The notes under the pieces: generated by a model
The model's input: only the letters and a program-made list of their open reading frames with translations
Told to the model about the DNA's origin: nothing
Database searches by the model: none
Position numbers and translations under genes: made by a program
Part shown: positions 1 through 7,806 of the stretch, piece after piece
How positions within the stretch are numbered: position 1 is the first letter of the stretch
Layout of the letters: the number at the start of each line of letters is the position of its first letter
Assembly: GCA_964635785.1 (NCBI GenBank)
Contig: CAZWQC010000010.1
Coordinates: 1-19,656 of the forward strand
Direction: 5' to 3'
DNA length: 19,656 bases
DNA from: an uncultured Ectothiorhodospiraceae bacterium
Lineage (GTDB): Bacteria; Pseudomonadota; Gammaproteobacteria; CAYFSA01

Positions 1-795
1 ATCCCGAACCATGCTGCCGTCGTCCGCCTTCTGCGTCGGCAAACAATTCGCCCTCGGCGTCAAGTAAAGATTACGACCCGGACCGCCGGTCGTAATCTCC
101 CATTCATCGACACCATCGAGCAGACCCTGCGCGGCCAGTGCGTGTAAATCCGATGCCAGTTGGTTGCGATAATCGGCTTCCGGGTCACGCAAAAGGCCCA
201 CCACCATGCCCAGCTTCTCCAGCGGGCGCGTCCAACTCTCGTTCAACCAAGCCGCCGACCACCAGATATCGCCGAGGATGCCTTTTTGCCGTTGACCGAA
301 ACCAATCTCGGTCGTGTCTCCGTACTCGAGTTCGATAAAGCCGTTGACTGGGGTGCTCAAGTCGGCGCGCAGAAAATACATATCGCCCCAGGGGACGGTA
401 TCGTGCTTTCGCCGAACCGTTTGCCGTGCATCCGCCAGCAGTGCCGCGATCACTTTGAGCATGTTGTTAAAACCTTGTTCGTAGCCCAAACTGACCCGGA
501 CATTGTGTGCCAACATGTTGACAAGCAAAAGCGATTGCGCTTGATTGCCAACCCCCGCCGGGGCTTGGTTCACGACGCCCGCGATATCGGTTGGATTCGT
601 TCTGGCTTGTCGTTGCCGAGAAGCTAACACCAAACCTTGAATCGCGGCTCGCAATGACTCCGCTCGAGTCCCGTCGAGCACGCCATTCGGGCCGTCCAGC
701 GTGACGCCCAGTTCAGCGGCGACCCGGCGAAGTTCGTCAACCGGAACGCCCATTTCCTGCGCCAAATCTTTGACCGCTATTTTATTCAATGTGAT
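1..795 (-). CDS. Hypothetical protein, partial. The N-terminus is at 795 and the C-terminus lies beyond the window start.
   Basis: I hand-translated the minus strand and found an uninterrupted reading frame from TTG at 795-793 to position 1. AGGAG lies 8 nt upstream of the TTG. The N-terminus reads LNKIAVKDLAQEMGVPVDELRRVAAELGV, which resembles a SAP/Rho-N-like helix-hairpin. The rest is protein-like with GC-rich codon usage. This ORF is not in the supplied track because it has no in-window stop. The plus-strand ORF 160..627 is its antisense shadow. Confidence 0.5.
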   Translation of the reverse strand, partial: MTLNKIAVKDLAQEMGVPVDELRRVAAELGVTLDGPNGVLDGTRAESLRAAIQGLVLASRQRQARTNPTDIAGVVNQAPAGVGNQAQSLLLVNMLAHNVRVSLGYEQGFNNMLKVIAALLADARQTVRRKHDTVPWGDMYFLRADLSTPVNGFIELEYGDTTEIGFGQRQKGILGDIWWSAAWLNESWTRPLEKLGMVVGLLRDPEADYRNQLASDLHALAAQGLLDGVDEWEITTGGPGRNLYLTPRANCLPTQKADDGSMVRD

Positions 796-892
796 AACTC
801 CTGGTTTTGCTGCCACGTCAACTCGTTGACAGTCTATTCAAGAAAACGGTTGTCGGCGGCGATTGCCAAGCCGGAAAAATATCACCGTATTC

Positions 893-907
893 ATTGTTGC
901 AAAAGTT
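893..907. promoter_or_regulatory. Near-perfect 15-bp palindrome TGCAAAAgTTTTGCA in the divergent intergenic region, a candidate operator
   Basis: This is a 7-bp inverted repeat around a single central base. It lies ~100 bp upstream of the minus-strand gene start (795) and ~190 bp upstream of the hemerythrin gene start (1095). Confidence 0.3.
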
Positions 908-1094
908 TTGCAGCAAAGCCTGCGGTGTCCCTTCCCCTGTGAGGTTAGGGAAACAAAAACTTAAGATACGAACTGAAGAAACGATTGATATAGCACTGCC
1001 ATCCGGTCACAAGACCTGTCGCAATTGCCGTTGCGTTTCCCCTGCTGCCTTTGATACTTTTGTTCGGTTCCTTGAAAATGCATAGATAAACAAC

Positions 1095-1880
1095 ATGGCT
1101 GATATCCTTTCGTTACTAAATCTTGAACATCGACAGATGCGCGCAGCGCTTACAAGGTTGGAGCAGTATTGTGACGGTGGAGTGTCATTCGATCGAGACG
1201 GCTTTGCCAAGTGCTTTGACTTTGTCGCCGGATTTTTGGCGCATTGCCATCACGTCAAAGAGGATCTCCTGTACCGCAAACTGCTTGAGCGCAAACCCGA
1301 CAGCATTGACCCACTCCCCGATCTGCCCACGGCCCACCAGGATCTCAACGCCCGACTCGATGATCTACGCGAGACAATGGCGATTCACGGGGACCATAGC
1401 GAACCACTGCATGTTGCCCTGACGACCGCTACATTGGCGTTGGTCAATTACCTTCGCCAGCACTTTGACGCGGAAGAACGGACTTTCTTTCCTTTAGCGA
1501 TAGCCCACCTGACGCGCGATGATTGGGATACGATCGACTATGCCGTATTCGACGATTCAACACCGGTTGTCGACCCGGCATTGGAAAAAAACTTCCGTTC
1601 CTTGCTCGATGCTTGCAACGTCGAGGGTGCACAACCATTGAGCGTACTCGCAACCGAAGCGATTGACGGCCCAGGCGACACAATGGCGGAATTCAACCTC
1701 ACGATGACACAGGGAAACCATACGGCGCGACTGAACAAGATCAACGGCTCGGCGTATTGCTTGCTCGATGGTGGCACAACATTGGTGACCTTCCCGGCCT
1801 GCGACGAAAAGCTCGCCGCGTGGAGTGCCTGGTATTTCTTGTTGGGGAAATTCACAAACACGCAGGCATACCATACCTAG
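1095..1880 (+). CDS. Hemerythrin-like (HHE cation-binding) domain protein with a ~100-aa C-terminal extension of unknown function
   Basis: The 261-aa ORF has spaced His/Glu motifs typical of the hemerythrin fold: LEHRQMRAAL, HCHHVKEDLLYRKLL, HQDLNARLDDL, LRQHFDAEERTFFPLA. A weak SD lies upstream. It is divergent from the gene at 1..795. Confidence 0.65.
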   Translation: MADILSLLNLEHRQMRAALTRLEQYCDGGVSFDRDGFAKCFDFVAGFLAHCHHVKEDLLYRKLLERKPDSIDPLPDLPTAHQDLNARLDDLRETMAIHGDHSEPLHVALTTATLALVNYLRQHFDAEERTFFPLAIAHLTRDDWDTIDYAVFDDSTPVVDPALEKNFRSLLDACNVEGAQPLSVLATEAIDGPGDTMAEFNLTMTQGNHTARLNKINGSAYCLLDGGTTLVTFPACDEKLAAWSAWYFLLGKFTNTQAYHT

Positions 1881-2057
1881 CACACCCGGTTTCGCTCCGA
1901 GCACTACCCTGGCGCTAGCTTTTTGCGATGTGTCGTTGTGCCAAGACGCGTCGTCGAACCCGGCCAACACCACACGACGATGCCACGCAACACTCGCCAC
2001 CTCGCTCCGAATGTGCGATGATCAAGACTCATTTTAGCCGCGCTATCGATAAGTGAT

Positions 2058-2885
2058 ATGGTTACTGCACTCAGTTTGATTGTTATCGCGTTATATCTCG
2101 CGACTGCGGGCATGATTACCCAACGTATGCGACGTTTTGCAGACATTGCCGATCATTCCCCGGGACGTTGGGTTTGGCTTGGCACTTGGATCGCTGCCGT
2201 CGTGATACATGCCTTCGTGTTGGCGCCGACCTTGTTCACCGATGCCGGTCTTGACCTTGGATTCTTTCACGCGCTGTCGACCATCAGTTGGCTGATCGCG
2301 TTGCTACTCTTACTCGTTGCGATCAGCCGGCCGATGGAAAACCTCGGGTTGGTGCTGCTACCGTTGTCGGCCTTCGGCGTCGGTATGGGGCTCGTCTTCC
2401 CAGAAGTCCCGTTTTATCCCGAGCCGGGCCAATCCGGCTTGCGTTTGCATATTTTCGTGTCGTTGTTAGGCTATAGCGTGCTCACCATGGCGGCTTTGCA
2501 AGCAATCGTTTTGTACTTCCAGAACCGCCATCTCCACAACCACAACCCCGGTGGCTTGATCAAGGCGCTTCCCCCTTTGGCTGACATGGAAAGCTTCATG
2601 TTCCGTTTGCTTTGGCTCGGTTTTGTTTTGCTTTCTCTGGCGTTAGCCAGCGGATTCTTCTTTCTTGAGAATATTTTCGCGCAGCGTCTGGTCCACAAAA
2701 CGACCCTCTCGATGACGGCTTGGGCCGGTTTTGCCGTGTTATTGTTTGGCCGGGTTCGCTACGGCTGGCGCGGACGCCGTGCGGTGGCCTGGACGCTCGG
2801 GGGGTTCTCCGCATTGTTGTTGGCCTATTTCGGCAGCAAGCTCGTCATTGAGATCATTCTGCCGGCCGTGGGATCCGCTTCATAA
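2058..2885 (+). CDS. ypjD: Inner-membrane protein of the cytochrome c assembly (CcsA/ResC-like) family, YpjD-like
   Basis: The 275-aa product is highly hydrophobic with about eight predicted TM segments. WG-rich motifs such as WLGTWIAAV, WLGFVLLSL and WAGFAVLLFGRVRYGW are typical of the CcsA-like family. It sits directly upstream of a CNNM/CorC gene, as ypjD-yfjD does in enterobacteria. Confidence 0.7.
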   Translation: MVTALSLIVIALYLATAGMITQRMRRFADIADHSPGRWVWLGTWIAAVVIHAFVLAPTLFTDAGLDLGFFHALSTISWLIALLLLLVAISRPMENLGLVLLPLSAFGVGMGLVFPEVPFYPEPGQSGLRLHIFVSLLGYSVLTMAALQAIVLYFQNRHLHNHNPGGLIKALPPLADMESFMFRLLWLGFVLLSLALASGFFFLENIFAQRLVHKTTLSMTAWAGFAVLLFGRVRYGWRGRRAVAWTLGGFSALLLAYFGSKLVIEIILPAVGSAS

Positions 2886-2959
2886 GCCGTTATCTTGACA
2901 ACGGGAACCCTTACGGCTTCTAATCACCGTCTCGCTAGGAACAGAGGTGTTACATCACC

Positions 2960-4240
2960 TTGGACGCCATACCCCTAGGTGCATTGCTGGCGCTCCTCAT
3001 ATTGTTGTTGGGTCTGTCCGCCTTCTTTTCGGGTTCGGAAACCGCGCTGATGTCGCTAAACCGGTACCGGTTACGGCATCGTGCCGAACAGGGGCACCGT
3101 GGTGCGCTGCGGGCACAACGATTACTCGAACGCCCGGATCGGCTCATTGGGCTGATTCTGCTAGGCAATAACTTCATCAACATCGTCATTACCCAGCTTG
3201 CGACCTATATCGGCTATCGTACTTTCGGCGATGCCGGTATTGCCATCACGACCGGCGTACTCACCCTGGTCTTGTTGATTTTCGCCGAACTGGCACCGAA
3301 AACGTTTGCGGCGTTGAATGCCGAACGCGTCGCCTTTCCCGCCGCGCTGATCTATCGGCCATTGCTCGTGGCCTCGTTTCCCTTGGTCTGGTCCATCAAT
3401 TTCATCGCCAATGGACTATTGCGGCTATTTGGCGCACCGGATCACAACCATACCGATCACACGCTCAGTCGCGATGAATTGCGCAGCGTCGTCAGCCAAG
3501 CCGGCGCCCTGATTCCGCCGGAACACCAGACCATGCTGACCAGCGTGCTGGATCTCGAACGAGTCACGGTCGAGGACATTATGGTGCCGCGCAACGAGAT
3601 CTTCGGTATCGATCTCGACGAAGACTGGGAAGTCGTCCTCAGTCAGATCAGTAACGCCGCCTACAGTCGCATCCCGGTGTTTCGCGGCTCTATCGACAGC
3701 GTTATCGGGATATTGCACCTGCGCCACTTGATCTCCCTACACAAACCGACCGATCTGTCCCGTGCCGGGTTGGAATCGATCCTGCGCGAGGCCTATTTCA
3801 TTCCGGAAGGCACCTCTTTGAACGGGCAACTGCTGAATTTCCAACGGGAGCGCCAACGTATCGGTCTGGTCGTCGACGAATACGGTGATATTCAAGGCCT
3901 GGTAACGATGGAGGACATCTTGGAGGAAATTGTTGGCGAGTTCACCACCGACCCGTATGCGTTGACCAACGATATTCACCCGCAAAGCGACGGCAGCACC
4001 ATTCTCGACGCTGGGCTCCACGTTCGCGAGGTCAATCGCGCCATGGGCATTGTCCTGCCGACCGATGGCCCACGTACGATCAATGGTCTGATTTTGGAAC
4101 ATCTGCAAGAAATCCCCGATGCCAAAGCCAGTGTTCTGATTGCCGGCTATCCGATCGAAATCGTCCACACCAAGAACAATGTCATCCGCACGGTGCGCAT
4201 CTCCTCTCGTCTGCCCGCGTTCCAGGCGGATGAAAGCTGA
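2960..4240 (+). CDS. yfjD: CNNM/HlyC-CorC family transporter (DUF21 transmembrane domain, CBS pair, CorC_HlyC C-terminal domain), YfjD-like
   Basis: The 426-aa product has an N-terminal four-TM DUF21 region starting LLALLILLLGLSAFFSGSETALMS. A CBS pair follows (VEDIMVPRNEIFGIDLD...RIPVF, GLVTMEDILEEIVGEF). The C-terminal region matches CorC_HlyC (ILDAGLHVREVNRAMG...INGLILEHL). The start is TTG at 2960, preceded by a GGAACAGAGGTG SD-like sequence. Confidence 0.85.
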   Translation: MDAIPLGALLALLILLLGLSAFFSGSETALMSLNRYRLRHRAEQGHRGALRAQRLLERPDRLIGLILLGNNFINIVITQLATYIGYRTFGDAGIAITTGVLTLVLLIFAELAPKTFAALNAERVAFPAALIYRPLLVASFPLVWSINFIANGLLRLFGAPDHNHTDHTLSRDELRSVVSQAGALIPPEHQTMLTSVLDLERVTVEDIMVPRNEIFGIDLDEDWEVVLSQISNAAYSRIPVFRGSIDSVIGILHLRHLISLHKPTDLSRAGLESILREAYFIPEGTSLNGQLLNFQRERQRIGLVVDEYGDIQGLVTMEDILEEIVGEFTTDPYALTNDIHPQSDGSTILDAGLHVREVNRAMGIVLPTDGPRTINGLILEHLQEIPDAKASVLIAGYPIEIVHTKNNVIRTVRISSRLPAFQADES

Positions 4241-4249
4241 CTTGACAGC

Positions 4250-5611
4250 ATGGCAGCTACTCGCGCCGGAAAACGCTTCGAATGCTCGGCATGCGGAGCC
4301 ACCCAACGCCGGTGGACCGGCCAGTGCCCCGAATGCGGACAGTGGGACAGCCTCAGCGAAGTCACGGTAAGCACTGCCGCCACTCACCATCGGCATGGTG
4401 GCTTCAGTGGCGAAACGGCAACGTTGCAACGCCTCGATCAGGTTGCGCAAGAACAAACCGCCCGTTACAGCACCGGAATTGCTGAATTCGATCGCAGCCT
4501 GGGTGGCGGACTGGTCCGTGGTTCGGTGACCTTGGTCGGTGGCGATCCAGGTATCGGTAAATCCACCCTGTTGTTGCAAATGCTTGCCCATGTCGAGGTC
4601 GAACAAAGCATCTACGTCAGTGGCGAGGAATCACCCGCGCAAGTGGCCCTGCGGGCCCGCCGCCTCGGTTTGGCGAGCGAACGCTTACAACTACTTTCAC
4701 AAACGCATCTGGAAACCGTTCTCGCCACCGCCGCAGCGGCACACCCAGCCATCATGGTGATCGACTCGATCCAAACCTTGTTCAGCGATCAGCTCACGGC
4801 GGCTCCTGGGGCGGTCGGTCAAGTTCGCGAATGTGCCGCGCAGTTGGTGCGTTTCGCCAAACAAACCGGCAGTAGTTTGGTATTGGTCGGCCATGTGACC
4901 AAGGAGGGCGCAATAGCCGGTCCACGCGTACTCGAGCACATGGTCGATACCGTCTTGTATTTCGAAGGCGAGGTCGGTAGCCGCTATCGCGTGTTACGGG
5001 CCGTGAAGAATCGCTTCGGTGCAGTCAACGAGCTGGGCTTGTTCGCCATGACCGAGCAAGGCTTGAAAGGCGTCAACAATCCCTCGGCCATGTTCTTGTC
5101 TCGGCACGAGCAACCGGTTCCAGGTAGCCTGGTCATGGTTAGCCGCGAGGGCACACGACCTCTGCTGGTCGAAGTTCAAGCACTGGTAGCGGACAGCCAT
5201 GGTGCGCAGCCGCGCCGCCTGGCGCTCGGTTTGGAAGCAAACCGGCTTGGTATGCTGTTGGCGGTATTGCAGCGACATGGCGGCATTACCATCGGTGATC
5301 AGGATGTCTATCTCAACGTTGTCGGCGGTATGCGTATTGCCGAAACCGCTGCCGATCTCCCCGTGGTCCTGGCTGCATTATCCAGTTTTCGCAATCGCGC
5401 CATTCCCAAGGATTGGGTCGCCTTTGGCGAGCTGGGTTTGGCCGGCGAAATCCGGCCGGTCCCGCATGGTGAAGAACGCCTGAAAGAAGCTGTCAAACAT
5501 GGTTTTCGCCGCGCCCTGCTACCGCAAGCCAATGCGCCACGGCAATCCCCGCGAGGTATCGAGGTCACGCCGCTGCGGCGGTTGGCGGATGCGATCGATG
5601 TGTGGGACTAA
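4250..5611 (+). CDS. radA: DNA repair protein RadA (Sms)
   Basis: The 453-aa product has an N-terminal C4 zinc finger (CSACGATQRRWTGQCPECGQW). It has a Walker A motif (GDPGIGKSTLLLQ) and the RadA KNRFG motif. A C-terminal Lon-protease-like domain is present (GELGLAGEIRPVP). It begins 10 nt after the yfjD stop. Confidence 0.95.
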   Translation: MAATRAGKRFECSACGATQRRWTGQCPECGQWDSLSEVTVSTAATHHRHGGFSGETATLQRLDQVAQEQTARYSTGIAEFDRSLGGGLVRGSVTLVGGDPGIGKSTLLLQMLAHVEVEQSIYVSGEESPAQVALRARRLGLASERLQLLSQTHLETVLATAAAAHPAIMVIDSIQTLFSDQLTAAPGAVGQVRECAAQLVRFAKQTGSSLVLVGHVTKEGAIAGPRVLEHMVDTVLYFEGEVGSRYRVLRAVKNRFGAVNELGLFAMTEQGLKGVNNPSAMFLSRHEQPVPGSLVMVSREGTRPLLVEVQALVADSHGAQPRRLALGLEANRLGMLLAVLQRHGGITIGDQDVYLNVVGGMRIAETAADLPVVLAALSSFRNRAIPKDWVAFGELGLAGEIRPVPHGEERLKEAVKHGFRRALLPQANAPRQSPRGIEVTPLRRLADAIDVWD

Positions 5612-5754
5612 CCCCCGTTTGGCCGGTTTCTGCCGCAAGACCGAAAGTCGGAGTCCTGCAATCGAGGTGGAGTTCGGTGAAGATTCCGCCAGCCACCCCA
5701 TCCGCAAGCTCTGAATGCCAAGTCCCTTGCCAATCGTCCCTGTGTCTCAATCAG

Positions 5755-6891
5755 TCAATCCGTTGTGCGGATTCGCACCAGGTCTTTCAATACCCCCTCG
5801 ATCCCGCTATAGACATTGAGCTGGTCGACTTTCGTCACCACGTTCTCCAAGGTTTCCAGTTCCTTCAGACGCAACAGCGTCGGATGGTCGTCCATGAGCT
5901 TGGCGGTGTTTAGCAAGGAGCGGGTCGCGGCGGTTTCTTCGCGGCGTCGAATGAGATTCGCTTGCGATTGCTTTTCGGCCATGACGACTTGATTGAGGAT
6001 CTCGCGCATCTCGCCCGGCAGGACGATGTCCTTGATCCCGGTGGTCAGCAGTGCGATCCCGTGCTCGGCGGCTTTGTTGAGAACTTCATCGAAGATCGCT
6101 TGGTTCAATGTGGATTTGTCGGCCAACAAGGTATCCAGCGACTGGGTTCCGACGGCTTGACGCAATGCCAATTGTAGAGCCAAATAGAGCCAGGCTTTGA
6201 CATCGGTGAGCTGAGTGCGGGCTTTGACCGCATCCACGATGCGGTATTCTGCCGATAGATTCAAACGCAAGCTCACTTTGTCGCGGGTCAAGATTTCCTG
6301 GCCACTGACTTCCATGACCTGTACCCGTTGATCGGTCGTCGGAATACTGATGTGCCGGTGGAAACGCCAGAAACCATGCAGACCAGGTGGTAGCGTGGCG
6401 GTAAAAACACCATCGACCACGAGCAAACCGAGATGGTGGTCCGGGATCTCGATCAGCAAGACTTGTTCGGCTAGCGCCCGCGGTTGAGTGCCGAGTAATC
6501 GTTTGGCGACCGTTGGGGCGACCTGGTAGTCGCTATCGATATTTTGCACAACGGTGCGCACCGCCACCGGCCCACGCCAGAATACGCGTCGGCTCCCGGG
6601 CGGCAAAATATGATTGAACACCTCGTCGTAATAGACGATTCCGACTTCGTTCGATCCCAGGCGGACTGGTTGTAGGTGCTCGGCACAGCCCGCGCGATTG
6701 TGTTGTACCCAAAAATCGGCTTGGGCATGCGGGAAGACAGGGTCGTTAATGTCGCAGACCTGCACAGCCCGACGACCAAACGGATTCCAGAGGTGATAAA
6801 CCCCCGGCGTCAAGATCTTGTGCAAAGTGCGATCTTGAAATAACAGGCCACGCTCATGGTCGGCGATGACGATGCGTTGGTAACCGAACAT
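5755..6891 (-). CDS. SPFH/band-7 (slipin-family) protein with an N-terminal duplicated beta-rich domain
   Basis: The C-terminal ~200 aa carry SPFH-domain signatures such as ILTRDKVSLRLNLSAEYRIVD and GIALLTTGIKDIVLPGEMREI. I placed the start at ATG 6891-6889 (MFGYQRIVIADHERGLLFQ...). The supplied track extends the ORF to a TTG at 7011, and another ATG occurs at 6927. None of these has a clear SD. The gene is convergent with radA. Confidence 0.7.
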   Translation of the reverse strand: MFGYQRIVIADHERGLLFQDRTLHKILTPGVYHLWNPFGRRAVQVCDINDPVFPHAQADFWVQHNRAGCAEHLQPVRLGSNEVGIVYYDEVFNHILPPGSRRVFWRGPVAVRTVVQNIDSDYQVAPTVAKRLLGTQPRALAEQVLLIEIPDHHLGLLVVDGVFTATLPPGLHGFWRFHRHISIPTTDQRVQVMEVSGQEILTRDKVSLRLNLSAEYRIVDAVKARTQLTDVKAWLYLALQLALRQAVGTQSLDTLLADKSTLNQAIFDEVLNKAAEHGIALLTTGIKDIVLPGEMREILNQVVMAEKQSQANLIRRREETAATRSLLNTAKLMDDHPTLLRLKELETLENVVTKVDQLNVYSGIEGVLKDLVRIRTTD

Positions 6892-7215
6892 AACGACGAT
6901 CCGTGCAAAAGTTAGCGGGAACGACATGAAAAAAAGCGCCACGGCCTCACAGCCTGGACACGGATGACAAGCGTCGGGAAAGCGGTTGCCAGGCGGCACC
7001 AAGACCTGCAATCCGCACTACCACCGCGAATCGATGGCCTCGGCGCCGGCCGGGCGAACCCACAATCTGTCAGCAAGTCATACAAGGCGTTCAGGGTGCT
7101 GCGCTACCGCCTTACCTGGCAGGCTTGCCTCCTTGGCGGTTTACGCCGAGGCCGTGCGCCGAGGTACAGCAAAAGGAAGCGGGCACGGAGCCCATGGCTT
7201 GATAGGCCATTCCAA

Positions 7216-7290
7216 GGTGTAGACAGGAGGAATCGAACCTCCGCCCACTCGAATGAAATCGAGTGCTCTATCCGACTGAGCTATATCCAC
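7216..7290 (-). tRNA. tRNA-like gene with canonical acceptor, D and T arms but an abnormal anticodon arm (7-bp stem with 6-nt loop, or 5-bp stem with 8-nt loop). Anticodon assignment is ambiguous; candidates are CAU or UCA.
   Basis: The reverse complement reads GTGGATA-TA-GCTC-AGTCGGATA-GAGC-A-CTCGA-TTTCAT-TCGAG-TGGGC-GGAGG-TTCGATT-CCTCC-TGTCTAC-A-CC. The acceptor stem has 7 bp, two of them G-U pairs. The D-arm is GCTC/GAGC with the conserved AGTCGG sequence. The T-arm is GGAGG/CCTCC with a TTCGATT loop. The variable loop is 5 nt and the body is 73 nt. CCA is not encoded. Confidence 0.6.
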
Positions 7291-7667
7291 GGGTGTTGAA
7301 CGACGACAGACACGCGGAACACACGGACACAATGTGTCGTGCGCCAGACGGGCACACCGAACCCGTTATCGCAGTCGTGTTAGCCGTTGGTTCAACTTGG
7401 TACGTCGGTCAAGTATTGAACTTGGCGCGGTGGTGTCCCCGACCGAGACCCGACGTATGAAATATTTTTATAAGATCTTTGGTTCCCGCCCCCCCCATGT
7501 TGGGGAGGGGCCAGGAATTGAGGTTCCGATCACTTAAGCAAACATCAATATCACAGAGCCTGATAGGCTAGCCAATACTCGGCCGTTGTCAATATTAATC
7601 GTTTCAAAAGTTCTCACATCCCTTTCCCGCAGGGGGGAAGGAATGCGAGAGACGTTCCTGCAAAAAC

Positions 7668-7692
7668 TCATCGTCAGTCACTGACGAGCCAA
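7668..7692 (-). terminator. Possible intrinsic terminator for the DUF3108 gene: hairpin CGTCAGTGACTGACG followed 5 nt later by UUUUU on the minus strand
   Basis: A 6-7 bp inverted repeat at 7678-7692 is followed on the minus strand by ATGAGTTTTTGC. It lies ~115 nt downstream of the DUF3108 stop at 7807. The spacer between the stem and the U-run is longer than ideal. Confidence 0.3.
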
Positions 7693-7806
7693 CCCGCGGC
7701 GATCGTCACGAAACGCCGTGGCAAACGTTGAACAGGTTATCCGCGCTCGCCCTGACCCGATCTGTACGCTACGTGGCATAGGGGCACCAGAACAAACTCG
7801 AGCTCA

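Noticed and set aside
160-627. 155-aa plus-strand ORF
   Set aside because: It lies entirely inside the minus-strand gene at 1..795 and is antisense to it. The minus-strand frame has the RBS and a protein-like sequence.
1557-2000. 147-aa minus-strand ORF
   Set aside because: It is antisense to the hemerythrin-like gene. No RBS was found.
2886-2925. Inverted repeat AAGCCGT...ACGGCTT (7-bp stem, 23-nt loop) between ypjD and yfjD
   Set aside because: The loop is too large and no U-run follows. It is probably not a terminator. ypjD and yfjD are probably co-transcribed.
3737-4606. 289-aa minus-strand ORF overlapping the yfjD 3' end and the radA 5' end
   Set aside because: It is antisense to two well-supported genes. 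It is a typical high-GC shadow ORF with no RBS and low-complexity Ala/Gly/Arg-rich composition.
5636-5668. Imperfect hairpin GCAAGACCGAAAGTCGGAGTCCTGC between the convergent radA and slipin genes, considered as a bidirectional terminator
   Set aside because: No U-tract follows on either strand and the stem has a mismatch. I could not support it as an intrinsic terminator. Termination here may be Rho-dependent.
6471-6779. 102-aa minus-strand ORF and other small ORFs within the slipin gene
   Set aside because: They are alternative-frame artefacts inside a supported CDS.
7334-7537. 67-aa plus-strand ORF in the tRNA-adjacent non-coding region
   Set aside because: It is Arg/Ser-rich with no RBS. 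It overlaps the C8 tract and looks like a random ORF.
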